Made by a program: the position numbers and the translations under genes. The notes under the pieces were generated by a model that made no database searches, had not been told where the DNA came from, and saw only the letters and a list, made by a program, of their open reading frames with translations. A stretch of 64,000 bases of DNA from a virus (lineage: Duplodnaviria; Caudoviricetes). Location of the stretch: IMG/VR virus record IMGVR_UViG_3300025715_000012, positions 83,413 through 147,412 of that record; one strand, given 5' to 3'. Below, in pieces: positions 48,423-57,948 of this stretch. How positions within the stretch are numbered: position 1 is the first letter of the stretch; each line of letters starts with the position of its first letter.

Positions 48423-48922
48423 TGGAAAAAAAATTCAATGACTTCATAAAAAACTCTGGTGAGTATATTTTATGTGCATCTATTTGGTATAAAGACTTGG
48501 AATTGAAACGTCCTGATGTCTTAGAGCCCAACGGATTTCGACCTTATAACGTGAACAAAGGAATAGTTTTTTCTGGTTGGCGTCATCACAATTGTTTATA
48601 TCAAATGGTTGCTATGACTGGCAAGGCTCAACACGAAGTCGGAGAAGAAATTCAAGGATTTTTAACCAGTAAAAATCGTTTTGTGGATAGAGAAGAAGGA
48701 GCCAAAATAGCATACGAAGCTGGTCAAATTGGAGATGACATAAAAATTCTATATAGTGAAGACTTATATCCAAGAAGTAACAGAGAAAAATTCATGGAAC
48801 TAGTAGATGGCGAACAATCAGATATTGTGGAAAAAATTTCTGAGAGAATTAAAAAACGTTCAATTCCAAAAGTTCCACCCGAGGATAGAGAAACACTCTT
48901 TGAGGGAGGATTTATACCCTAG
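48422..48922 (+). CDS. Conserved phage hypothetical protein
   Basis: CASIW, GWRH, QGFLTSKNRFVDREE, LYSEDL. Confidence 0.7.
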   Translation: MEKKFNDFIKNSGEYILCASIWYKDLELKRPDVLEPNGFRPYNVNKGIVFSGWRHHNCLYQMVAMTGKAQHEVGEEIQGFLTSKNRFVDREEGAKIAYEAGQIGDDIKILYSEDLYPRSNREKFMELVDGEQSDIVEKISERIKKRSIPKVPPEDRETLFEGGFIP

Positions 48923-49358
48923 GAAACAAACTCGGATTAATTTTTGTAGTATCTATTTTATTAACTTTCAAGAATTTGATAATATCGTTTACACCTTTTT
49001 TATCGAAACACATTTTATCGGATCCAATGTACGCTTCGTATTTATTTGCTAGACCAATATACAACTCAATACTAACACCTGGCTCGGTTGCGTTTAATGT
49101 AATCTTATTGTCATTAAAATCATAAGCTTTTTTTAACGTGATCGCTCTAAAAAGATCTCCGCTGTGATTCAAATAAACATTGATTTTTGGTTCAAACTCT
49201 GGATAATTCTTTTTCTTCAATTCTTTGGCTGTATCCGCTATTCGACGCCCTCTAGGATCATCTCTATTATAACCTATATCAGTAATTCTATCATAAGTTT
49301 CTGGACTCAACTCTTCGTTTGTTTTGTTATATTCTTCATAAGATAATATTTTTTTCAT
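48912..49358 (-). CDS. Hypothetical protein with leader MKKILSYEEY..TNE
   Basis: Leader; CAATATATA upstream on the minus strand. Confidence 0.7.
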   Translation of the reverse strand: MKKILSYEEYNKTNEELSPETYDRITDIGYNRDDPRGRRIADTAKELKKKNYPEFEPKINVYLNHSGDLFRAITLKKAYDFNDNKITLNATEPGVSIELYIGLANKYEAYIGSDKMCFDKKGVNDIIKFLKVNKIDTTKINPSLFPRV

Positions 49359-49498
49359 ATTTTTAATTATTTTTTTTTTGTATATATTGATATTTTTTTT
49401 TGTTTTTTAAAAAAATATATTAATTTTGTATAAAATTAGAAAAAACTAATTAAAAAAGTCTAATATATAATATATAGAATTACGTTCTTTGATTTATT

Positions 49499-49876
49499 GG
49501 GCCCGACAGATCTAGACAGCGAAGTGAAATAGCGAAAACGCATGTATCGCAATGTCTATAAAGCGATTAATACAGTATGTAGGCTAAATTTAAATGGCAA
49601 TAAAATAAACGCTGAGGATATTATGTCATATCCCACAAGTCTAACCAAAAATGTTGTTACTGAATCATTGGTTAAAGATCTTGTTTTAGCGTAAGCCGAC
49701 AGAAAATTCAGTTAACTCTTTTTGATGATCGTTTAAAGAGTATAAATAAAAGCGATTGACTTTTTTTAGTTCGGTCTAAAAAACTAAATATTTTGTTGAT
49801 TTAGAAAAATTAAATAAACTTGTAGTATGTTTCTTAAAGACTTTGTTGGACGAGGGTTTGATTCCCTCCGGGTCCA
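49499..49876 (+). ncRNA. ssrA: tmRNA
   Basis: Acceptor GGGCCCG/CGGGTCC with G3:U70 and discriminator A; T arm GAGGG-TTTGATT-CCCTC; tag ORF 49596-49694 ending LVLA*. Confidence 0.9.
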
Positions 49877-49888
49877 CACAGAAAATAA

Positions 49889-49914
49889 AAAACCCGGCTA
49901 AAACCGGGTTTTTT
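49889..49914. terminator. Bidirectional terminator
   Basis: AAAACCCGG-CTAAAA-CCGGGTTTTTT. Confidence 0.8.
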
Positions 49915-49919
49915 ATTTT

Positions 49920-50201
49920 TTAAAAATGTCCTTTAACATATTCTTCTATTATATCAATTTCTTCTTCTCTAAGATCTTTTGTATCTTCAAATTCGACTTT
50001 TTTACTATAATCACCCCAATATTCATCAGATTCTTCAACTGTCCCTTCATATTCTTTGTCACCATAAAACAGACTCCATCTTTTAACGATGAGACTATTG
50101 ATCACACTCGATTCATAATTAGATATTTCCTTTTGCTTTATCGGAGCGTCTTCACCCCAAGGATCATCATCAGATTGTTCGTATAGTTTCAAGTGCTTCA
50201 T
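49920..50201 (-). CDS. Acidic protein with leader and DPWGE tag
   Basis: MKHLKLYEQSDDDPWGED. Confidence 0.8.
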   Translation of the reverse strand: MKHLKLYEQSDDDPWGEDAPIKQKEISNYESSVINSLIVKRWSLFYGDKEYEGTVEESDEYWGDYSKKVEFEDTKDLREEEIDIIEEYVKGHF

Positions 50202-50527
50202 ATTTTTATTCTTTCTTTTATTTCTGGATCGAGATCCCCCCATTTTGTGTAGTTTAAACGCCTGTGAAACGCACCTCTGTATACTATTACTGATGTATAT
50301 CTAATTCTAGTATCATAATCAATTTCAGAATTAAAAGAAAACATGCTTTTTGGATACATACGCGTGCCTCCACAATAAACAGTAAACATATCATTTTCTT
50401 GGGGCACGAGAACATAAAATCTGGATTTGTGTTTACCCAACACTAAATCTTTCTCTTTTTCGCCAAAAAGCTCTTCATCCGACAGATCCTCGAAATCAAA
50501 TTGCTCATATAGTTTCATATGTTTCAT
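50198..50527 (-). CDS. DLSDEELFG-tag cassette protein
   Basis: MKHMKLYEQFDFEDLSDEELFG...TKWGDLDPEIKERIKI. Confidence 0.8.
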   Translation of the reverse strand: MKHMKLYEQFDFEDLSDEELFGEKEKDLVLGKHKSRFYVLVPQENDMFTVYCGGTRMYPKSMFSFNSEIDYDTRIRYTSVIVYRGAFHRRLNYTKWGDLDPEIKERIKI

Positions 50528-50541
50528 TAAAAATATATATT

Positions 50542-50727
50542 CTATTTTCTTTTTGAAAAATAATTATCTATTTTATTGTGTAAAAGGCCGATTAAAATTG
50601 CCAATCCACTCAAAGAAACTGCTATGATATTTGTTATTGGCGTGTATAAACCGAAATATCCCATAACAACAATAATAAAAATTAATGTTATGACTATCAA
50701 TGTTGCTGAAAATTTTAATGAGTTCAT
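50542..50727 (-). CDS. Small two-TM membrane protein
   Basis: Two hydrophobic helices. Confidence 0.55.
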   Translation of the reverse strand: MNSLKFSATLIVITLIFIIVVMGYFGLYTPITNIIAVSLSGLAILIGLLHNKIDNYFSKRK

Positions 50728-50743
50728 TTATTTTTTATTTTTT

Positions 50744-51454
50744 TTATTCTATTGGTAGATAATCTATTAAAGATGATATATCTTCGTCATCATCACCATC
50801 ATCTTCTTCGTTATCATTATCTTTTAAATCTATTTCTCCAATATGTTTTACTATGAGCGGCTCTTTTGTTGGCGGTCCGCCTTCATATTCTTCCGAGACA
50901 TACTTATCGAAACCTTTTATATGGCTTTCATATGTTGTTTCTTCACCCCAAGGATCATCTTCCATAAGTTTTTCTTTTCCTTCAAAGGGCAATAAATCTT
51001 CTAGTCTATACCAACATGTTTTGCCATTGTCAAATCGAACTTTGTAATCATATGGGTTCCAATCATTTGAAGGAAAATAATCAATGATCACTCCTATTTT
51101 GCCCGCAAAGAGGACCGCGCTCGGAACAATTCTAACTTTTTTTCCAATTTTTCTGAAGTTTGAATTTTCATTTATATGGCTTTCATATTCAAATTTTGTC
51201 TCTTCGCCCCAAGGATCATCTTCAATTCTTATTTCGCGTTTTATTTTCTTTTCTTTTATTGGCAATAAATCTATGTCTCTATATTCATTTCTATGTCCAT
51301 TGCTCCATTTAACACAATAAAAATAATCATCATTATCATCATAAAGTTTCACAACAACACCAAACCCATCTCCACCCTTTTCCATAGCTTGATCATAATA
51401 TTGAGAATCTGGGTTAATCCTAACTTTTTCGCCTATTTCATATTTATATATCAT
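50744..51454 (-). CDS. Two SH3-like modules, each followed by DDPWGEE..YESH
   Basis: IGEKVRI..VKWSNG.RN.YR and IGKKVRI..VRFDNG...YR; TAATATATA at 51461 (-). Confidence 0.8.
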   Translation of the reverse strand: MIYKYEIGEKVRINPDSQYYDQAMEKGGDGFGVVVKLYDDNDDYFYCVKWSNGHRNEYRDIDLLPIKEKKIKREIRIEDDPWGEETKFEYESHINENSNFRKIGKKVRIVPSAVLFAGKIGVIIDYFPSNDWNPYDYKVRFDNGKTCWYRLEDLLPFEGKEKLMEDDPWGEETTYESHIKGFDKYVSEEYEGGPPTKEPLIVKHIGEIDLKDNDNEEDDGDDDEDISSLIDYLPIE

Positions 51455-51517
51455 ATGACATATATATTAAAAAAGAAAAATAAAAATTAATATATAAGAA
51501 TAAAAAAAAAATTCAAA

Positions 51518-52021
51518 ATGATAAAAGATTGGAGCCAATATTTTGAAAGTCTAACTATACCAGGGCTAAAAATGGATGATTTCGTTAAAGGAATACAACC
51601 AGCTGGAAAACAACATAAAAACATATTATCGATGCATTTCAACACGTATGAAAATTATGTTGATTTGAGCGATCCTCAAAAACACATATTCAAAGTCAAT
51701 GATTTGACCGGAGACATATTAAATAATGGACGTGTTCAGTTTAATGCTATGATTTTTGGTAAAGAAGAGATAGAAACAACTATTAGAGATAATATTGTAA
51801 CTCTTTCAATGGCAGAGTTTTATTCAAACTTACCCAATCAACTTAATATTTTTGGTGTAGATATTAAACCGATATCTTTTATAAATAAAGATGATTTGAA
51901 ATATTCATTTGAAAATATATTGACAATTGATGAGCTAAAAAGAATAATAACCTCTGTCTCTGATGGATTCTTTTTTGTTGGTGAAAGAGACGGATATTAT
52001 ATTTGGAGAAAAAATATTTAA
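51518..52021 (+). CDS. Hypothetical protein with leader MIKDWSQYFE
   Basis: TAATATATA at 51488. Confidence 0.7.
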   Translation: MIKDWSQYFESLTIPGLKMDDFVKGIQPAGKQHKNILSMHFNTYENYVDLSDPQKHIFKVNDLTGDILNNGRVQFNAMIFGKEEIETTIRDNIVTLSMAEFYSNLPNQLNIFGVDIKPISFINKDDLKYSFENILTIDELKRIITSVSDGFFFVGERDGYYIWRKNI

Positions 52022-52027
52022 AAAATC

Positions 52028-52615
52028 TTGGAAAGAAAAATAGACACATTTTCATCTTTTGGTGAGCATGAAAGCATAAATATTGGCGATACAGCCATCT
52101 TGATAGATAATAAGATGGCTCTACTTTCAGAGAGAGATTATACATTTAGAGATAGTATAAGAGAAATAGGGAGTAAAATTATTGTGGCTGGCAAAAGATT
52201 GACAATCAATGGAGTGCCAATAATAAAAGATGCGAAGAGTAGAAAATGGTATAAAGAAGAAAATTTTAGAAAACTTTATGAAAAAGAATTTGAAAATGTG
52301 GATGGGCATATAAGAAAGTATGAACAATTTGACTTTGATGATATATCGGATGAAGAACTTTTCGGTAAATCAAATGATGAAATTAAAGTTGGAGATCTCG
52401 TAAAACTAATTGAACCAAATGCCTTATATGTAAATGGTAAACTTTTTCGTACTGGTAGTCTAAATTTAGATGAAAAATATAAAGTTGTTAACATAGATAT
52501 AGAAGGAAATTTCATTTTGATAAGGGTGGCTCGTGAAATTGACACAGCATTTGGGCATATATCTCATGCAATAATCGCCTGGTATGACATAAATTGTTTT
52601 AAAAAAATCACTTAA
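52028..52615 (+). CDS. Two-module protein with internal leader and DISDEELFG tag
   Basis: Internal GHIRKYEQFDFDDISDEELFG. Confidence 0.75.
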   Translation: MERKIDTFSSFGEHESINIGDTAILIDNKMALLSERDYTFRDSIREIGSKIIVAGKRLTINGVPIIKDAKSRKWYKEENFRKLYEKEFENVDGHIRKYEQFDFDDISDEELFGKSNDEIKVGDLVKLIEPNALYVNGKLFRTGSLNLDEKYKVVNIDIEGNFILIRVAREIDTAFGHISHAIIAWYDINCFKKIT

Positions 52616-52652
52616 AAAAAATAATATATATTCAAAAAACACAGACTTATAT

Positions 52653-53402
52653 ATGAAACACTTAAAATTATACGAACAATTCAACAATGATCCAAAAAGA
52701 TACAATCAAATAATAGATTTTACTTATTTGAGAGAAGATGCGAACATAGATAAAATAGAAGAAGTTTGTAATACAGCCATAGAAAATAAATTTTATAGTG
52801 TTTGTATAAGACCGGAGTTTGTGTCTTACGCTTCTAATTTTCTCGAAGGTTCGGATGTCAAGATATGTACGGTAATATCTTTTCCTGGTGGCGAGGACCG
52901 AACTCAAGATAAAGTTACTGAAACACAAAAAGCTATTTCAAATGGAGCAGATGAAATAGATATGGTTATGAATTGGAAGCTTTTACAAAAATCATCAAAA
53001 GAAACTGATGAAGAAAAGAAAAAAGATATTGTCAAGAAAGTATATGATGATATAAGAAAAGTAGCTGATGTTTGTCACGGAGCTGATAGTGTCATATTGA
53101 AAGTTATTATAGAGTCGGGTGAATTAACATTAGAGCAAGTAAAAACAGCTTGTGAGCTCTGCACAAAAGCGGGTGTTGATTTTGTAAAAACCAGCACTGG
53201 GTACACGAAAGGAGCTGAGATGGACAAAGTAAAATTTATGCGTAGCATTTTGCCAGATCACATAAAAATAAAAGCAAGCGGTGGCGTGAGAACTCTAACT
53301 GATATAGAATCTTTTGTTAATGCTGGCGCCGATAGAATAGGAACATCTTCTAATCCAGCTATTATTACAACATCTGTTCAACAATTGCCACAAAGATATT
53401 AA
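52653..53402 (+). CDS. deoC: Deoxyribose-phosphate aldolase with an N-terminal leader
   Basis: GADEIDMV, LKVIIE, DFVKTSTG, IKASGGVR, GADRIGTS; begins MKHLKLYEQF; TAATATATA at 52622. Confidence 0.95.
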   Translation: MKHLKLYEQFNNDPKRYNQIIDFTYLREDANIDKIEEVCNTAIENKFYSVCIRPEFVSYASNFLEGSDVKICTVISFPGGEDRTQDKVTETQKAISNGADEIDMVMNWKLLQKSSKETDEEKKKDIVKKVYDDIRKVADVCHGADSVILKVIIESGELTLEQVKTACELCTKAGVDFVKTSTGYTKGAEMDKVKFMRSILPDHIKIKASGGVRTLTDIESFVNAGADRIGTSSNPAIITTSVQQLPQRY

Positions 53403-53825
53403 TTAATGCCAAATCTCTTCCCAATATGGATCGATATCTACATTTTCGATCCATTTTTTTTCCATATCTATTAAAGTTTTATCAATATCATCGCCAGTCT
53501 TTAAAAAATCTTTATTTAAAATGACAGTCCTCCAATCTTCATATTCGATGTCTCTTAAAAGTTCATTTTTTTTCATAAATGATTTAACATTATCTTTATG
53601 TTTTGCTGTTATTCTACTATAATTATTATGCTCATTTTTTGAATCATAGTAAAAACCATTATAGTAATAATATTCTATTATTGGATTAAAAGATAAAAGA
53701 TACACCAAGTACTCTGAAATTGAAAATTTATTGATAATCATACCTAAATCATTTTCAAATAAAGCAGGAATTTCCTGCGAAATTTTACCATCTATATATA
53801 CTTCTGTTCCAGGAGAAAATTCCAT
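53403..53825 (-). CDS. Hypothetical protein ending IDPYWEEIWH
   Basis: TATATTTG at 53847-53854 (-). Confidence 0.6.
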   Translation of the reverse strand: MEFSPGTEVYIDGKISQEIPALFENDLGMIINKFSISEYLVYLLSFNPIIEYYYYNGFYYDSKNEHNNYSRITAKHKDNVKSFMKKNELLRDIEYEDWRTVILNKDFLKTGDDIDKTLIDMEKKWIENVDIDPYWEEIWH

Positions 53826-53936
53826 GTCTAAAATCTTATATTTTTGCAAATATAAATAATAATTTTTGAAATATAAAAAAAAATATAAAAAAACTTTCAT
53901 TTCTAATCTTCATATAAAAATAAAAAAAAAATAATT

Positions 53937-54104
53937 ATGGATACTATACGTGATATATTAATGAAAAGAGATAAGATGACTCTCGAAGAAGCCGATAAAA
54001 GAATAGAAAAGGCAAAAAATGATATTAAAATGGGAGAAGATCCTTATGAAATAGTTGGAGTTTATTTAGCACTCGAACCAGAGTATATTTTTGACCTCAT
54101 ATAA
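53937..54104 (+). CDS. Small hypothetical phage protein
   Basis: ILMKRD.MT.EEA...LEPEYIFDLI; below the track cutoff. Confidence 0.55.
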   Translation: MDTIRDILMKRDKMTLEEADKRIEKAKNDIKMGEDPYEIVGVYLALEPEYIFDLI

Positions 54105-54143
54105 TGGACTACAACTACTAATTAATATTGGAGAAAAATTAAT

Positions 54144-55289
54144 ATGCTTGAAAAAAGAAAAGAAGTTAAATTAGATATCGATTACATAGAAAGTGTTCTT
54201 CAAATAATATTAAATAAAGCACACGAAGACTCAGAAAAAAAGAAAATTAAAAGATATCCGAATAGAGAAAACCCGGAAAGGTTTAATATGGCTTGTCCTA
54301 TATGTGGTGATTCACATAAAGACAATAGAAAAAAACGTTTTTGGGTCTTTATGAGTAACATGTATTGCGTTTGTTATAATAATAGAGAATCTGATTCGAT
54401 GTCTTTCACAAAATTATGCAAGCGCTTTAATGTCGAGATTGATCCAGAAAAGAGATTGCAATTATATGATTATCTTGATAAAAACTGGACATATAGTAAA
54501 AAGGATGATTTCACAATAAATAATATTGATAAACTTATTGATATAAAGGATTTTATGGAGTATTTTTCAAAAAATAATAAATTTTTATATAATATATCTC
54601 CCATAATAAAAGACTCGTTACAATATAATTATCTGGTCAAAAGAAAGATATACAACCACGAAAATATACTTCAAGCAATATACAAAATAACAGACACCTG
54701 GAGAGAAAATGTCATTATTATATTGAATCGATTTGGCGATAAAATTATAAGTTTTCAGATTAGAAATCTAAAAGAAAAGAAAGAACAAAGAATTTACAAA
54801 TTTTATCAATTTGAACAGATACACGAGATGTTATATCCAGATAAACATTTGGATGAAATAGAAGCGATATCCTATAATAAATTGTCTGCTATATTTAATA
54901 TTCTAAATGTTGATTTTGAAAGAGATGTATATGTCTTTGAAGGATATCTAGATAGTATATTTTTTCCAAACTCCATAGCTCTTGTCGGGCTAGACACGGA
55001 TATATCTTTTTTAGGTGATGAAAATCTATCGCTAAAATTCGTTTTTGATAATGATGAATCTGGAATGATAAAATCCAAAAAAATGATAAATGATAATAAA
55101 AGAGTTTTTTTATGGAAAAAGTTGTTATCCAAATTGTCAAAAAATAATAACAGGCTAGAGTTTTTCTTGAAAAATAATATAAAAGATATTAATAAACTGG
55201 CTGAGTACGTCGATGTTCCAGATGTGTATAGAACTTTGAACTTGGATTCTTATTTTTCAATAGATAAATTAGACTTGATAGATATGTAA
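54144..55289 (+). CDS. DNA primase (T4 gp61-like)
   Basis: Zinc finger CPICGDS; TOPRIM VFEGYLDS and FDND; KDIN. Confidence 0.9.
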   Translation: MLEKRKEVKLDIDYIESVLQIILNKAHEDSEKKKIKRYPNRENPERFNMACPICGDSHKDNRKKRFWVFMSNMYCVCYNNRESDSMSFTKLCKRFNVEIDPEKRLQLYDYLDKNWTYSKKDDFTINNIDKLIDIKDFMEYFSKNNKFLYNISPIIKDSLQYNYLVKRKIYNHENILQAIYKITDTWRENVIIILNRFGDKIISFQIRNLKEKKEQRIYKFYQFEQIHEMLYPDKHLDEIEAISYNKLSAIFNILNVDFERDVYVFEGYLDSIFFPNSIALVGLDTDISFLGDENLSLKFVFDNDESGMIKSKKMINDNKRVFLWKKLLSKLSKNNNRLEFFLKNNIKDINKLAEYVDVPDVYRTLNLDSYFSIDKLDLIDM

Positions 55290-55346
55290 TATTTTTTTTA
55301 TTTTTAAAAATTTTTTATATTTGCGCTGTATAATCTTAGAAAAAAA

Positions 55347-55832
55347 ATGTTTGATTATTATTTTTTTGTAAATGATATTATAGATTCGAAAGACAAAACA
55401 ACTTCTACAAAATTATTACTAGAGTTGGTGATGCATAAAACATGCACTTTTTATATAAAAGGTTCTAATACAATAGAACAAAGATATATAACGAGCGCAG
55501 AGATATATTGGTATGATGAAAGAAACACATATCAAATATATTTAAATGATTATCCAATAGATAAAGATGCTAAAGTTTATGTTAGAGAAAATTCAACTAA
55601 TAAAATCGCCATAGGGATTCCAAGTGGTCAAATTTTAAAATTGAAGTGTGATGAGTTAGAAGAATTAGTTTTACAAAGATTGATTAAATTTGAATTTTTT
55701 TATTCTTGTGGAGATATAAATCTAAAAGATTCATATTTCTTCAAAGATGATAATATAAAGAATATAAATGAATTTTTGGAGTGGAGTAAGGTTAAAAGGT
55801 CTCTTCTTTTGCTGCCAGATTTAGTTAATTGA
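55347..55832 (+). CDS. Hypothetical protein
   Basis: TATATTTG at 55316-55323. Confidence 0.6.
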   Translation: MFDYYFFVNDIIDSKDKTTSTKLLLELVMHKTCTFYIKGSNTIEQRYITSAEIYWYDERNTYQIYLNDYPIDKDAKVYVRENSTNKIAIGIPSGQILKLKCDELEELVLQRLIKFEFFYSCGDINLKDSYFFKDDNIKNINEFLEWSKVKRSLLLLPDLVN

Positions 55833-56168
55833 TCTAGAATATCTTCTCATTTTATTGAATTTATCGAGCTCGGTCATATCTAAAATATCATTTTCTCTTT
55901 TTCCTTTCTTACGATATTCATCCATAAAAGTTTTTTTATCTGCTGATTTTTTCAGATCAGCAAAATATTCAAAATCACTAATAGAAGAAACATTATTTGA
56001 TTGACATTTTTTACAGCTATTTGTTTGTTCGTTGAATAAATAAAATATATTTCCACAATCATTACATTTATAGTAATTTGTAAGAGCCTCTTCGCTTGTT
56101 CCTAAAACCATCAAATTTTTTATTTGATCAGCTTGCTCGTTCAAAAAATCTTTAAATTTCTTTAGCAT
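55821..56168 (-). CDS. Zinc-ribbon protein with leader MLKKFKDFLNE
   Basis: CNDC..CKKC; TAATATATA at 56188 (-). Confidence 0.75.
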   Translation of the reverse strand: MLKKFKDFLNEQADQIKNLMVLGTSEEALTNYYKCNDCGNIFYLFNEQTNSCKKCQSNNVSSISDFEYFADLKKSADKKTFMDEYRKKGKRENDILDMTELDKFNKMRRYSRSIN

Positions 56169-56250
56169 AGATTATAATTTTTTTATTTATATATTAAAAT
56201 AAAAAAACCACATTTGTTCACAAATGTGGTGTAGGAGAGATTAGATTTCG

Positions 56251-57492
56251 TTATCTATGACGAGTTCCCTGTGAAGGTGTAGAAGAACTTCTAGATGGTG
56301 ACGAATAGGTGTTCGAGCTTCTAGATGGTGACGAATAGGTGTTCGAGCTTCTAGATGGTGACGAATAGGTGTTCGAATTTGAATTTCTCTGTGGTTGAAC
56401 ATTTTGAGGGACTCTCTGCTCGCTTCTCTGTGGCTGAACATTTTGAGGAACTCTCTGCTCGCTTCTTTGAGACTGAACATTTTGAGGAACTCTCTGCTCG
56501 CTTCTCTGAATTCTTTCTGAATTTTGCTCTCTTTGTGGTTGAGAAACAACATTTCTTTGTTTTTCTGGAGCTTTATAGACTTCTCTATTTATATTACGAT
56601 AAGCTGGCGTTTCATATTCATTTTTATCTCTACGTTGATTATAAGTAGGTGGAGTATATTTTTGAATTTCTCTTTTCTGATATGAATTGTTTCTAGTTGG
56701 AGACTGAGCGTATCTATATCGGGTGTCATTTCTTTTTGGTTCCACACTGGTCGTTCTTCTACCGTCATTTCTATAAACGCTTGTGCCTCTTTTATTTATG
56801 TCGTTATATTTATCTCCAAAAGTTCTATAATTATTATTTCTTGAGATATTGCCTCCTAAACTATTTCTATGATCTGCATAAAATCCTGAGTTTTTATCAT
56901 AACTATTATAGTATGGCTTATTCCAATATCCTCCTCCGCCATAACCACTCCAATATCCATTTCCATACCAACCGTGATTCCAATAATTCCACCCGTAATG
57001 TGGATAATATCCCCAATATGAATAAGGATCGTAATTCCAATAATACCATCTATTCCAATTATTCCATCTCCAATCATACCAACCATAATAGTGCGGGCTA
57101 TACCAAGGCATGTAATAATAAGGATCCCAGAAATTATAACCGAAATAAATACTTATTCCCCAGTCATATGGATCGTAATCATACCAATATAAGTTGGTGT
57201 AATAATCTGAATAATAACTATTTAAATAATAATTGCTGTGAAATCTTTTTATACGAGAACTGTATTTGAAATCATAATAATCATCATTGTCATAATAATT
57301 ATTTGTGATGTAAGTGTCGCCAGCCGATGTTTCTGTTGGCTCGACATAATAAACAGAATCAGTTTGAATGGACGTATCCTGTTTTTTATATTCTATTTTG
57401 CTCTTTTTAGGTGAGTAATAAACATCATCTTGAGCCATTCCGCTTAAAATAAAAGCGAAAATCATTAAAGAAACTAAAAGGAACTTTTTCAT
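56251..57492 (-). CDS. Secreted Bacteroidota-type protein (QDDVYY; Tyr/Trp-rich core; disordered tail)
   Basis: Signal peptide ending A-Q; DDVYY; YSSRIKRFH; low-complexity tail. Confidence 0.8.
   Translation of the reverse strand: MKKFLLVSLMIFAFILSGMAQDDVYYSPKKSKIEYKKQDTSIQTDSVYYVEPTETSAGDTYITNNYYDNDDYYDFKYSSRIKRFHSNYYLNSYYSDYYTNLYWYDYDPYDWGISIYFGYNFWDPYYYMPWYSPHYYGWYDWRWNNWNRWYYWNYDPYSYWGYYPHYGWNYWNHGWYGNGYWSGYGGGGYWNKPYYNSYDKNSGFYADHRNSLGGNISRNNNYRTFGDKYNDINKRGTSVYRNDGRRTTSVEPKRNDTRYRYAQSPTRNNSYQKREIQKYTPPTYNQRRDKNEYETPAYRNINREVYKAPEKQRNVVSQPQREQNSERIQRSEQRVPQNVQSQRSEQRVPQNVQPQRSEQRVPQNVQPQRNSNSNTYSSPSRSSNTYSSPSRSSNTYSSPSRSSSTPSQGTRHR
56288..56508 (-). repeat. Coding tandem repeats: 30 nt x3 (SNTYSSPSRS) and 39 nt x3 (RSEQRVPQNVQ[S/P]Q)
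   Basis: Read directly from the sequence. Confidence 0.85.
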
Positions 57493-57534
57493 GATAAAGC
57501 ATTTTTTTTAATTTAATACAATAATAGTGCCAAA

Positions 57535-57912
57535 CTATTTTAATATTATTTTTTTTCTTTTATAAAAAATTGGGTGATTTTCATCTACGGTAAAACTAAA
57601 AATATGATAATTATAATCATCATCTTCTTCAGAGTATAACTCGATTTCGCTTTCAAATATAATTGAATCTTTATTTTTATTGTAATAAATTTCAGATACA
57701 TATGTTTTTATAAAATTATTTGGCTCATACATTTCAAGAAGATTTTCATCATCTGTTTCCACTTCTTTATAATAAAAATCTACTCGATCTTCTTCAAAGT
57801 ATATTCCTACTTCTTTTATAATAAGATTATTTAAGAAATTCGATTGCTCTTCTTTGCTTAAAGAAGATATATCCCAAGAATCATCATTTTCAAATTCGTC
57901 AAATTTTTTCAT
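57535..57912 (-). CDS. Acidic protein with leader MKKFDEFE
   Basis: Leader; TATATATA upstream. Confidence 0.7.
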   Translation of the reverse strand: MKKFDEFENDDSWDISSLSKEEQSNFLNNLIIKEVGIYFEEDRVDFYYKEVETDDENLLEMYEPNNFIKTYVSEIYYNKNKDSIIFESEIELYSEEDDDYNYHIFSFTVDENHPIFYKRKKIILK

Positions 57913-57948
57913 CGGTTAAAATTTTTTTATATATATAAATAAAAAGTT

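Noticed and set aside
56241-57269. Overlapping ORFs 56241..56552, 56355..56648, 56697..57269 and 56856..57086
   Set aside because: Shadow frames of the low-complexity gene 56251..57492
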